Assembly (NCBI RefSeq): GCF_964355755.1
Contig: NC_092672.1
Span: 1,364,001-1,428,000 of the forward strand
DNA length: 64,000 bases
DNA from: Antedon mediterranea
Taxonomy: Eukaryota; Animalia; Echinodermata
Direction of reading: 5' to 3'
The notes under the pieces are model-generated. The model ran no database searches. It worked only from the letters and a program-made list of their open reading frames with translations, and was not told the origin of the DNA. The stretch's first letter is position 1. The number at the start of each line of letters is the position of its first letter. This document shows, in pieces, positions 26,867-47,200 of the stretch. The translations under genes were made by a program, and so were the position numbers.

Positions 26867-29779
26867 TTTATTTATTCTTTCCTTAGCACTATTTTGTCCG
26901 TGAATTATCTTGATATCAGTTTCATCTATCTAAGTCAATTTTTCAGAGTATATTCCTTATGGCCAGGAATCGATGTGGTTATATTTTCACGATGCGTAAT
27001 CAAAAATTACGCGGTCTACGCGCGATTTTACGAAATCACGTTTGTAATCATATCTTCACAAGCATGAATCACAATTAAACAAAATTTGGTACTCATAAAT
27101 TTCAGGTCATATTTCATCATATGGCAATACAATTACGTGCGTAGCGCATATAACGCTTGCGTACGCGCGCTTAAAATGTTCAAAATTGTCAAAATTTATT
27201 TTCGATGAAATTAGAGTACGTTTCAGGCAATTTTAAGCGTTTAAAAAATTGCCATGAGTGCGCAGATTTTTGCACGCGCACTGCGCGTTATACGTTAATG
27301 CGCACTCTTTTTGTCCGATTTCGGTTGTACAACCTTTCTTTAATAATATCATCATATTTTATTCACTTTTCAACGCGTAATTGCCTTATACGAGCACGTC
27401 AAAAGTGACAGGCTACGCACGTGTAAGTTAACAAAATGGTGAAAATATGCTAAATTTTAAAATTAATATAGATCGTCAGAATGCTCGGGAACACATATTT
27501 TTTATTTCATTTTCTTGAAGTGTATGTATCTTATGTATGATTTATTATTAAACTAAGGGAACAAAAGTTGATTAAGCCATAATTAATTGCATATTAAATT
27601 AAAAAAAATTCATTTCGACAATCAAACAAATTATGACATTTTCTTAGGCCAAAATAACAAACTTAACATTAACTTTCTTCCTTCAAAAGTTCATATATTA
27701 AAGTTAAAAGTATATAGTTTGACAGTGCATCATTTTTGTACATTTTTAGAGATGTCATCATAGTAAAAAATTATAATTCATTGCGGTATGTAATAATCTA
27801 TCTGCACCAAAGTGGTTACTGCATAGTAAATACACGGAGGAATTTTTCTACAATTTTTAGACAGTTGTGTATGGCTCGGTGGTGTGTGCTCGTGTCTATG
27901 GCACTCAAGGTACCGAGATCGAGTCTCACCTTGGGAAACGAAATAAGATTTTCTTTTTATTATCCGTATTGTTTGTTCAAATTTATTTCTTAGTGTATAT
28001 ATTATACACATGATTTATAATGAAATCTAGATAAAAAATAACTTATGTCTTTATTATTATGTAACAGCAAATGTGGTTTATGACATTATACGCAGAGGGA
28101 TCTTTGATCGGATTGTGATACCGGCTATTGTATTCGCGTTAGCAAGGTCCTATCATATATTATAAATAATTAAAGAATCTGAGAAAATCAATGAATCAAA
28201 ATATCTTTTAAAAATCAATTATCTTTATTAAAATCAATGCATATAACCTATAATTCGTCATAGTGACGAATTAAATCTAGTTCGGATTTGGATGTGGGTC
28301 CTCTATGGATAACGGACCTTATGGTGAAGTATTGACGTTCGTACTCATAATTCTGCTATCATACTTCACATCTTATCCTTTGTGTATCATTATTTCATAA
28401 AAATTGAATTATTATTTATTAGAAATTAAATTATTATATAAACGAAGTGTTTGTAAAAACGCCCTCATTCGCGCATACAACGAAGTTGCCTTGGTGCAAA
28501 TTAAAGTGGTGAAGAGTTTGATGCTTCAATAAGATATACATTTTGGCACACATGGCGTTTCGTACGTATACATTGTTGAGAGAATCACCACTAGCTTTTC
28601 AGACAAAATTTGATTATAAAAGACAAAAAGTAGAGACTTGGTCTAGAGTAACACAAGTATCTACGTCGTGACATTCATTTTAAATTAATAAAAGCTGTTA
28701 ATTGAAAAGTGTGTATAATATTAATCTAAAGCAAAAATTGTTATCATTGAGTAGGTCTATTAATTTATTATGGATCGGTATTTTAAACACTTTTGTTTAG
28801 AATAGCCCATTAAAAACTTCACCCATTTTACCGTATGATTTAAAACCACACTTAAAAATCAATGATATCATCATAGTTTGATGGAGAAACACTCACGCTA
28901 CGATGTTATAGCATGAATTGTGTTTTCTTTTACACAATTATTTTAAACAAATTATATTACGAAACAGATTCCTTTTATTATCCAATATAATGGAAATTAC
29001 AGTGCTCATATCTTGGCTTGCATTAAATTAATATAAAAGAAAAAAAAGAACTAACAAATATCTTCACGAACAGATTTAAAACCTATATTCGTGATCTTGT
29101 TGTGGATAGTATAACGATCGTGCTCTTAAAATGCATTTTATTTTATCTTGAAACATGCGAGGGTACCGTACGCTAAGAACTAACTTTGATTTATCATCCA
29201 ATTTACTGACGTTAAAATGCGAAAAATACAATATAGAATCGCTCATATCATAAATGAAAATACAATACGGTTAATGAATATTAACAGATATTTAAAAATA
29301 ACCAGACTATCATCAGTGTTTGTAAATTACCTTTTGAAATTGTAAAGAAAAGAGACGGTAGGTCCCGTGATGACGGTGACTGCATCATCTAGATTTTTCA
29401 TGTGAAAATTAACGGCTAACATTTTATTATCGATTGTTTTTATTATTGTACTTTATATAACGAATTTTATAAACAATCAGTTAATTCTTTTTATCATTTA
29501 GCATGAGGCAATTTGATCAATTTTTACCACCCACCTCAATTCCCCAGCACAGATCGTCATATTTTATATTAATAATTATATTTAAAGGATCTTTTTGCCT
29601 CGTCTGTTCCTCTCGCTACGGCATATATTATTATTAAGAAATATAAAAAAATAAGCATTTTTGTTGAGCATTTGCAGGCTATTGTGTTTTTTTTGTGCTG
29701 TTTTTTTTTTTGCTCGCTCGTTTTTGGTCAAGTTGCAAAATAACTCTGTTATAATACAGATCAATATCACAAATCCCGA

Positions 29780-29875
29780 ACATCATTTTCATCATGTTTT
29801 CATTTTCATCATGTTTTCATTTTCATCATGTTTTCATTTTCATCATGTTTTCTTTTCATCTTGTTTTCTTTTCTC
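29780..29875. repeat. ~20-bp tandem repeat (catcatgttttcattttc)
   Basis: Four to five degenerate units. Confidence 0.7.
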
Positions 29876-30314
29876 ACATTGACTCATAAATCGTCAAGGT
29901 CATAAAGGGTTGGCACCACACCATCAAACTGCTTTCTTTTGCAGTAGGTCTTAATTTCATCGTCTTCCACTGGTTAAATTGAATCGAGTAAGAAATTGCT
30001 CAAAAGATAACAAATAAGAACATTAAACAATTTTAATGCACGGCTTGCCGCTTTCAAAACACGTTTGTTTGTCTCGATACAGCATTTAGTAAAATCATAA
30101 ATAGATAACAATATTATTTAATTATCCACGGTGTCGACACAAGATAGGCTATAATATTTTACTCCACATGGTCAGCACCAATACGATTAGTAATGAAATT
30201 ATTATATAATCATTCGTAAACTTTTGACCTCCAGAACAGTTCGCACGTACGTTAGCTGCTTTGAGATGAATACGATATAAAACTTTGACGATTCAGAGTT
30301 ATACCGCCCTCTAT

Positions 30315-31130
30315 TTATTTATTTATTTGGAATTACACCTTTAGATCGGTGGCACACTTAGCACAACAAAGGTGCATCCTTCACAATAACAATATAAAAT
30401 ATAAAAATTAACAGAAAAGTAAAAAGGCAAAAACAACTATCCCCCCCTATCCTATTCCCCCCCCCCCCCCATCCAAATTTACATCGATACATACAGTAGA
30501 TCATTACTTTACACAAGTGAATACAAAAAAAAAATATAGTAAAAGTGTATTAAAAAAAATCAACAGATAAACACAGCTTATTACGAAAACCCATCAACCC
30601 CCTCACCCCCCCCCCCCTTTTTTTTTTTTCAATTTACTTATTTATAGCAATGTAGATAAATAAACCGACTAATAAAGTCGGTACATTTTTTTCACGCTGC
30701 TGCTCTAGCCGCCCGCTACGTCTTCTCAAGAGATGATTCATTTATTAGATGAAATCAAGCATAGTACCGTACTAGACACTGACATTTTTGCGAAAATGCA
30801 TACTCGACTACAATAGGTACCAGCTGCTGGACCCAAAAAACGTCTGGGAAGTCTAACGGTTGAACGACAAATTTCAAAGCATTTCTGGTTGTATAGTCCC
30901 ATGACATTAATACTGTAATTCGCTCTGTCAGCAGATAATCATTGAATTATTCTCAAAAACAGTCCATGAAAGTTTTTGTTTGTAATAGGATACTTAAGTA
31001 TCTAGGCGTGATGAAGTGACCCCCAGACTTGACCTTAGCAATAAAATAAACTAAATTGAGTCTGTGTTTCATATCAAAGTTATTCACTTCTGTAACAAAA
31101 TTCACATTATAAAAAGAGAGACTAAAGAAA
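30315..31130 (-). mobile_element. Possible highly degenerate LINE 3' fragment
   Basis: Minus-strand remnants resembling RT C-terminal motifs (RYLSILL../LSW, and ..VEYA), plus a (TAAA)n tail near 30315-30328. Many stops and frameshifts. Confidence 0.3.
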
Positions 31131-31939
31131 CTTTTAATTATAACTCAAAAACCATTGTCTAACAGACAATTGAAGTATTTTTTGCTTTAAATTATATTTT
31201 TTTAGGTAAAATAATTATTATATGACAATAAAATGACACATTCAAAAACAAATTTTAAATAAAAAATATTTTTCAGAAGGCCCGTCAGAAGGACAATATA
31301 TCTTTAAAACTGTTACGTCAATATAAGCGAGCAGCGTTTTTTGTAAGAAATATTTCTTGAATTTGCCATTTTGTCACATAATAGATCGACTACTTGACCA
31401 AATTTTTTTTTTTTAATTTCTCATTTTTTGTGAACAAGACATTACTTTAAATACTTTCTTTTTACGCTTTATTTTATTTCATATAAGGGCTATATTTATT
31501 TATTAACATAAATATTGTATCTTTTATTTATTTTGCTGCTGAAACTGAATTAATTCTCAATTTATTATAAATGAATGCAATTTTAACCAATTTAAGGTCC
31601 CGCGGAAGAAGTACCACAGTACGAGATGACGGTTGGTGGAAATCCCCAAACAATGATGTCATGATCTATTTTTAACCTTTGTATCTTTTTTGACGATCGA
31701 TTATTGTGTGTAGATCCGGTATATAGTCTTCCGCGCAAATAGTATGACCTTAAAATTCACTTATAAAGCATGAAATAATAATCTACTATGTGCCATAATC
31801 TATAGCGTATAAATAAGAGTAATATTCACAGTTTTAAACTTAGTTATATTTTAACGTAAGTTACGTTATTATTTAATTTGGTACTACATTTTTGCTGTGT
31901 GTGCTGTGTGTGTGAGAGCAATAGGGAGCCTGCAGGAGG

Positions 31940-31990
31940 AAACTACGTCACAAACACAAATAGGAGGTAAACAGAAGACGGCCATTTTAA
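31940..31990 (+). promoter_or_regulatory. GABARAP proximal promoter/5' UTR motifs: CRE-like half site and YY1-like site
   Basis: tacgtca near 31945-31951 and ggccatttt near 31980-31988, 70-110 nt upstream of the ATG. Confidence 0.35.
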
Positions 31991-32048
31991 GCTGAAATTG
32001 ACAATAAGATCGTCATTAGGTTGTTGTGAAATTTATAGACAGATTTGA

Positions 32049-39183
<7,135 letters not shown>

Positions 39184-42100
39184 TGGGATATTATAATAAC
39201 TATTATAGACATTTTTTTGGCAAAAGCTTCTATGTAAATTTGTGTACAGAAAATTTTGCTCAACCTAAAGATTTTATTAGCAAATGTTGGATATGTAGCA
39301 TAATAATAATAATATTGGAATTGCATTGGAAGATATAGGAAATATTCTGTGATTTACAATACTGTATAAAAAAAGTCATCTAAAATATAGATTGATTATT
39401 CTAGTGAGTATTGTTTCTTTCATGTTTCCTATCAGAGATTTGTAGTGATCCAGTGCATACCAACAGTGGTATCTCTTTTCATTACACATCCTATTTACAA
39501 ATAATATCTTGCAAAATGAATGTTACCAAATTGGGGTTCCACTAATTATGTGAAATAATTGTAGAAAGTGCTGGTATTTAACAAAAGATAAGTATGTTAC
39601 TGTAGTTATAGCCAGAGTACTTTTTATGTTCAGAAAGCAGTATCTGTAAATTACTAATTATTTTTCCAACTCTATAACAACATTTTCATTTCATTTATGA
39701 TAACGTATGTTTAGTTTTAGACAGAAAACTTATGTTTAGAAATCTAAAGAGAATAAATTAAATTATTACTAATTGTTTTTCCAACTCAAAAATAAACAAA
39801 ATTTTCATTAAAATTAAATTTTCTTTTTGTACAAGAAATCAAAACATTTATTTCCTACAGTACATTGTATTATAAGTTAATAAATTGTATTGTTAATTGA
39901 AATGTACACCTGGGATATAACATGCCTTAACACAGGCTACAGGTAAGTATTGTTTCCAATTACTATAGTATTGTACTCGTAAATAGGTTATATACTTTAA
40001 TTTTATTAATCATTATTTTCTTTGGTTTAACATCCCTGTTTTCATGGGTCTATTCTGTATCAAAGCATGTTACAACTTATTTAATGTTTTCTATAAAAAA
40101 ACCACAAATTATTTACAGTAATGTTCTATAAAACCACAAATTATAAAATATATTGCATTTTATAAATTTCATTTTTTGGTACTGAAAAAATGTTCTTTCT
40201 TTAGTGTTGTAATTGACAACAGCAGATTTAATAAAATATTACTACAGGAAATCAAACTGGTTGATTTCTAAAATATTATTATTATAATTCTAAAAAACGC
40301 CATTTTATCAGAATAATTCTATAAAATTGCAGTATACCGTATACAAACCAATTAATCTAATGATGAATTGGGTCAAATATGCATAACGCTCGCTTTTCAA
40401 TTGAGTACTAATTTTTTCATCTACTAGTTTATTTGTTGTTAATTGCATTTAATCTATTGATTTATAAACTATTTAAATGTATTATATAATGTTTTAGTTT
40501 TATTAAATCAAGTTAAAAGTACAAAATGAACTCTGTTATTTGGTGTGTATATTGTGTCCATGATGAAGATTATAAAAAAGAATGAAAATGATATAAAATG
40601 TTGGCAAAAATGGATAAATAAACCATGTTGTGCATTCCGTAGGCCATGTTGGGAACAAGCGACACATTGCCGTAGCCACAGGAATTATAGTGATGTGGTG
40701 TCGCAATAATAAAGGTAACAATCTCTGTGCTGATTAAAGAATTCTCAAAGGCTTCTGTCAAAAAATGGTCCGGTTGAAACCTTACCAACCATACTATGTG
40801 GCTATGGCCCTGAAACATGTGATATATATAATAAAAAAATTAATCTATAACTCTGACAGAGTGTTCTAGATGGCATATGACAAATAAATGCTGATTTAAA
40901 ATAAGCGGGCCTTCGAGTCGTTAATGAAGACTTGTCTGACCATTCTAACATACAAGGGGCAGTTGGTTTTATGTTCAAACATAAAATAAAACCGTCTTGA
41001 TTATGAATTCCAGACAGACTGGACTTGAAACAATATACTATGGCTCAGAAAAATAACTGTACAACAGTTACGACAATATACTGGTATGATTTAGTGTTAA
41101 TGGTATATTATCTAAAACAATGGGTATACAATTAAATTGGAAGTCAAATCAAAGTAAAAAGAAGAACTTTAGTATCATTGTCATAGTCATGAAAACAAAA
41201 GCTAAATACACTAAAATTAAATGTACACAAAAATTGATTCAAGATCATGAAAATTAACCATACCAGGGTGTAAAGATTTCCATATTGCGTTCAGCCAGTG
41301 GGTGATCCCGCCCGGATTTAAAAAAAAAAAACTTCCTATCGTACTTTGCTTTGCAATTTGTTTAATTAATAGTGCGACCGAATTGTTGAGCATTCAACAT
41401 TTATTTAGGCCTAATTATAATTAGCATAACAATTTCCACTAACGCCAGTTTTCATCAATCCTATGGAACATTACAATGATCATACATTACCACACACACA
41501 TGAACTGGCATACAATCATTAAGTACTGTACGTCTAATGGCATCCAGGTACCTTATATTCTGATTGCTAGGCCCCCCCACCCCCCAACAATACAGCAAAT
41601 GAGCGAGGCCTAGGGTTATCAACATACCTTTGTTTCTGCTCTCTGGAAGTAATACAAGGTCTTCATATTGCAATCAGGTCACTTATAATTCCACAAAAAA
41701 ATGATTTTCCTCAACGAATCAAGTACATATGTCCAGTCAAATCGTCCGAACGTCGCTAGTTCTCTCCATGCACATGATTTTGTTTTGCATACACCTGCTG
41801 TCGTACGTCTGCGACACAACGTTGATAAACTGTGCTCTGATTGGTTGAATCTTTCTAAATTCAACAGACACGATTAAAACTTTAAAAGAAATAATAAATA
41901 TTACAACTTGATTTTCTAGAAATTTAGATTTTATTACAAAATACATTTATTAAGCACACATCACAATTACATCTAAAGTAGAATATTTTCTATATCTCTT
42001 TAAGAAAAAGAGCTTCCAAGAACAAATTTTGGTGTGCAATGGGTGTAATACTCTTAAACATGACCCTCGCTGGACTTTAATTTAATCAAATAAACCATTC

Positions 42101-43869
42101 AGAACCAGCTAAATTGTCCACAACAAGTTAAATATGAACGGGTTAAATAAATGAACCCCAAATTTCTTCCTACACATTTAATATAATATAACTCTACTGT
42201 CTTTCCTGCATTGACACACTGATGACAAACTGGACACTGAAAATGGTTCCATCTATCACAATTTTAACCACGATATTTTCAAGATTCACTCATACTTAAA
42301 GCAATATTTGTATACAAATCATAGAAAAATTACAAATTCAGCAATAAATCGTTTCCAATATACAAATAAATATTTAAAAAAATGTATTTTGCATAACAAG
42401 CACATACGTACATTTGTTCATACACATTTTCTATATCTACCTTTTTGTAAAACAAATTGAGTTTAAAAATTGCGGCCAATTCATTGAATATTGTTTTGCT
42501 TTAAAGATATACAATTATTACATTACACATGTACATTGTTTGCATAATTTGTCAATAACATCTAAATGATCTTTTATCATCAAATTAGTAATTGATCATA
42601 TCAAATGTAAAAAAATGTATAATTTTTGATATTTTTACTGTTTTTCATTCTTTTACTTTTAAAGGTCCTTTGTGACACCAATTACGGGGAAACTTAGAGG
42701 TCCTTTGGGACACCAATTACGGGGAAACTTTGGTGAAATTAACAAGGCAAAAAGCACTACGGCCAACTTCTTTTCAGAAGACACTCCCATTAATTTTTAT
42801 TGTACAGTATTTCTAGATTACATTTATTTTATTATTATTATTTAATCATCAAACTAGAATACATTTTAATTTATGATACATTTTACTTAAACACTAAACA
42901 CTCTGTTTTTGTTAAATTCTATTATAAATATTTAAAAAATACTAAGAAAAACCCTGTATGCATACATTCAAAATACTACAAAAAACCCTGTATGCATACA
43001 TACACTGGGGTACACACAATAATATTTGACACTTTTTAAATAAAAACTTATATAAAATAAATTCTTGGTGGAAATAACAGTTTCACAAAGGGGCAATATT
43101 TAATTTAAGAAAGTGTAGCTAACGACAACTAAAATGTGACATGGTTGCATATTGAAATTGCATCATAATACCATACAATATAAATAAAGGGCAGGACAGG
43201 TTACATTTGTGTATAAAATAATAAAAATAATAAAAATATAAAAATGCATCACAAATTGTATTACATATATAAATACCAATAGCTAAATATTAATAGTAGT
43301 TTAGTGTTTTTCTTTTCAAGGTGTTGCTTTTACACATTAATGCCAAACATAACATAACATTATAAATTCAATAAAGTTTTTTCTGATATCTGTTTCTGGA
43401 CGGACTAACAACGCTTATCAAAATCAAGGCAATATTATATTGTCGCTGGACGGAAAGAAATATACCAACTGTACTGACTGTAAATCTAACTGTATTAATT
43501 ATTATCATATTAATTTATATCTGGACGGATACAAAATATTGGCACACAGTAGGTACTCTACTCATAGTACTTGATTACAACATAATATAATAAATTTATT
43601 TTTACTTAGTCAACGTTGTCTTATGTAACCTCTTTCTTGGAAACTCCAGTTGACCATAAATATTACCCTTTTCAATCTTTCAGCAGGATATTACCTCACG
43701 CAATATATTAATACACAAATACAATAGATCTAAATAAAGAAACAATATATACAACATTTTGAGATATTAAAACAGTTATTCATATAAAGACCTCAAAAGT
43801 CTTCTTCGTACAAACACTTTTTTACCAATTGTAACAAAACACAGTGCAGAATGTCTGTGTGGTAATCAA

Positions 43870-44210
43870 GGCCATCTAACAACAGGATGCTGAGCTCCGG
43901 AGATCAAGGGGTTTATCTGTGGTTGCGACTTGGTCAGTCCCATGCCCTTTGCAGACACTGCTCACCACGGAGCATATGTACATTGTACAGTTCTGTTGGT
44001 ATTTTTCGCAGCCAGATAAGCATCTGCTTCGAGAATTTTCCCCTTTTCTTTGTTTAAATTAATTTTGTAATTATAAATGTTAATTTTGTCATTTATTTAT
44101 CTACTTTATTTACAAAGAAAATAAAAGAAGTTGTCATTGTCATTGATCAAAGGACTGTTACAAGTTCCTATCTTAGCAAAGCAAGCTCAATGTCCTGTTG
44201 TTAGATGGCC
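43870..44210. mobile_element. MITE just downstream of the coiled-coil gene stop codon (probable 3' UTR)
   Basis: TIRs GGCCATCTAACAACAGGA(TGC/CAT)TGAGCT; flanks TCAA and TTAA, a degenerate TTAA target. Confidence 0.7.
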
Positions 44211-44276
44211 TTAAGTCTAATACTTTCTCCTAATAAACTTAGTATGTAATGACTGGTAATAGATCTCAGTACAAAT

Positions 44277-47200
44277 TTACGATTCAGAGTCAACCTCAGT
44301 GCTCTCGTTGTCCAGCGTTCTTCCAGTGCTGGAAAGATTACGGGCATTGTTCACGTAGCCGTTGATGTGTGGAGAATACACAGCAGACCCCGGTGAACGT
44401 ACCGTGAGCAGACCTTCAGGCCGATGGCTAGACAGGTCTAATGATGGTGCGTAGCTAAGAATAAAATAAAATAAATTATGTTTCAAAACAACTGACAAAA
44501 CAAAATAAATCCACTAAAACTGACAATAAAACATCGGAAGAGATTGTCTAGAGAAAAAGAGAGATACAGCAATACTACTATTTGTGGTAAAAAAATAAAC
44601 ACAGAGTGTCTAAAAAAACTTAAGAATATGATAACCCTAATAATACCTCATGGAGTTTCCGAGTCCACTGCTTAATGACCCTTTTGGCGCTCCATAGCTA
44701 AATGATGACATCGGGTGAGTTATTGGCAAACTGCCTGGCAAAACTGCTTTGTTAATCTCCTACAAGAAAATAATGAATTGATGCAAAATTAGGTAAAATA
44801 GTTATACTACATCCATATTTAGTTCTGGGAAGACTAAAGTTTCTATTCAATTAATCAAATAAATTTGAATTTCATAAAATTAAACATAAGGTTATGTACA
44901 GAATGTCATCAACAGAAATGAAAAAGGGAGCTTAATTAAATTAAGCAGAGCAGTAAGTAATAAAATGTAAATAATAATAAAACAGGAATAACAACAATAA
45001 AAAAACAATAATGTAAATGATTTTATGAAAATGCTAAAGATTAGGAAAAAATTCATATAACTGTACATACTTCTTTCTGTTTTTCCAAGCGATATTCCCT
45101 GACTAGCTTTTCGAGTGCGATACGTTGTTTGCTCAACACATCCACTCTTTCTTGAAGCACTCCGTTCTCATACTCCAAGAACTTTAAACGATACTCCATT
45201 GTTGCTAGGTTACGAGATTGGTCTCTTGTTAACTCTTCATTTTCACTAAATCTATGAAAACATTTTCAATGTTTTATTTTTAACATCGTAACAACTTTTG
45301 TTAAAAAAATATTCTTTATTTCAAGCCAACAGTGTAAAACACCAATAACAGGTTGAAAATAAAATAACTATAAATAAAAGCCAATATAAATATATACAAA
45401 AATGTAAAATTTGTTAACGAGTTTGATGTAATTTTTATTAAATGTTTAACATTTTGTCTCTAGAAAACAAATTTCATATATTTACTGTACATTAGCGTTT
45501 TAACATGACAAAATAAAATGAATCTGAATTTGTAATGTGTTTGTGTAGATGCGTCCTATCTAATACCGGTAAATAATTACAGAATGTTATTAAGTTTATG
45601 CAATTTATATTAGATTGCAAGATCTCACTTATTACATGACAATACATTTGTGCTATAGCTACACAATATGCAAGTATATCATACTTAGCAAGGAGTTCCC
45701 TATGCTCTGACAGCAACTGTTTGTGATTGGTGTCCATGTTGTTCTTCCATTGCTGTTCATGTTGCAATTCTCGTTTGGCATTCGTTAGTTCCTCTTGTAA
45801 CTTGTTCAAACTCTCAGTCAAAATCAATTTGTGTCTTGTAAAAATCTCTCTAATAAAAGTATTAAAAAAAACAATAATTGTATATAGTATTTAAATCCAA
45901 AGAGAATAACTATTATGTGGAATTAAAATGGCATATTCAACAACAACAATTATTTTGAGAGAGACATACAATATATCTTTAATTAAATACTATTATTTAT
46001 ATATATTTCAGTTGCATTTCAGTAAACTCTTTTGCTTTAAACACTAAGTTCAACCTCAATATTTGTAGTTGTTTGTGTCATTCAATGACTTAGTGTGAAT
46101 CTGTCTTTAATAATATTCCTTAAGCTACTGAACATAAGTGACCTGGGCAATAATAAAGAAACAATGATATTTACAAATTCAATGTACAATAATAAGAGTA
46201 TAGAACAGTTTCTAATAATCAACTTTACCTCGCTGCTTGTAATTTGCTCCTGTGGTGGCGCTTTTGATCGTCATACTTGTGCATCTGTAGTTGCAGTTTC
46301 TCCGTCGTTTGGAACACCTCCATCTGCAGCCTATCAACCTGGTTTCTTAAGCTTGACAGTTGGTCTGACAGCACTTGCTTATTTTTCTCAGATACACTTT
46401 GCTGGAAAAATCATAAAAACACTGTTACGTATTGATGTGAACTGCTGGTGACAGATTATTACGTTCATAGTTGAAATTACTAAAACTGTGGCACCAAATA
46501 TGGTGAATTGATGTACAACAATGAACACACAAAATAAATTTAACTAAATATTGGGAGAAAAAAAGTAGAGGAGGAGAAACTGACCATTTCACTAATGGAT
46601 TTATTTTGGTCCTCAATTGTATGAAGTTTGTTCTGTGTTTCAAGGTATTTGTGTTTCAGTTCTGAGTTATTGTGGTGAAGCTGATCTTCTTTGTTGCGGA
46701 AGAAATCCAACTGACTTTTGAGCTCTTCAATATGCTGATTTTGTAACGACCTGATAATAAATAAAATACAAGAAATGAATTATAATTATAATTTAAAGAT
46801 ATCAATTTTCTATATTTCTAAAGTTTTTGAAAACAACTAAATAAAGTTATATATAGCTATATAAAATATATACGTTGAGTGTTTCATTGAGGATGATGAT
46901 CCAAACATAAATATACACATATATACATATATAAACACATCAGGCAATGAACATTATTTCTAAACCGCCCGATGATATACTGAAATTTAATTAATTAATT
47001 TGAAACGATAAAGATGAGGAAATCTGTGAGAATGAGAAAAAGTCGCCCCAACCGAGACTCGAACTCGGACCGCCTGCTTGATATGCAGATGTCCTAACCA
47101 TTAGACCACTGGGGCTTTCATGGTATTGTTCAAACTCGATTGGATAGCGACTCTTTAACATTCTCGGCGTGGTACGGCGGAACAGCACTAGTCCTCAGTT

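Larger units (their letters stand above)
17131..28280 (+). mobile_element. HINE/Helentron-like element A1 (outermost); head 17131-17186, body 26867-28280
   Basis: 5' hairpin AGGTTATATGCAT-tatc-ATGCATATAACCT. 3' end has subTIR ATGCATATAACCT, hairpin TAATTCGTCA-tag-TGACGAATTA and terminal CTAG. Inserted at TT. Confidence 0.8.

Noticed and set aside
18884-28011. Duplicated short ORFs (18884/24484; 25787/27205; 26318/27736; 26360/27778)
   Set aside because: Chance frames within repeated non-coding HINE bodies; no protein-like composition or motifs.
17131-28280. Simple satellite or segmental tandem duplication
   Set aside because: Separated heads and bodies close in bracket order and belong to three families, which indicates nested insertion.
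43870-44060. Extra terminal exon of the coiled-coil gene using the GT at 44280
   Set aside because: The region lies inside a TIR-bounded MITE with no good acceptor; the in-frame TAA at 44279-44277 is the simpler end.
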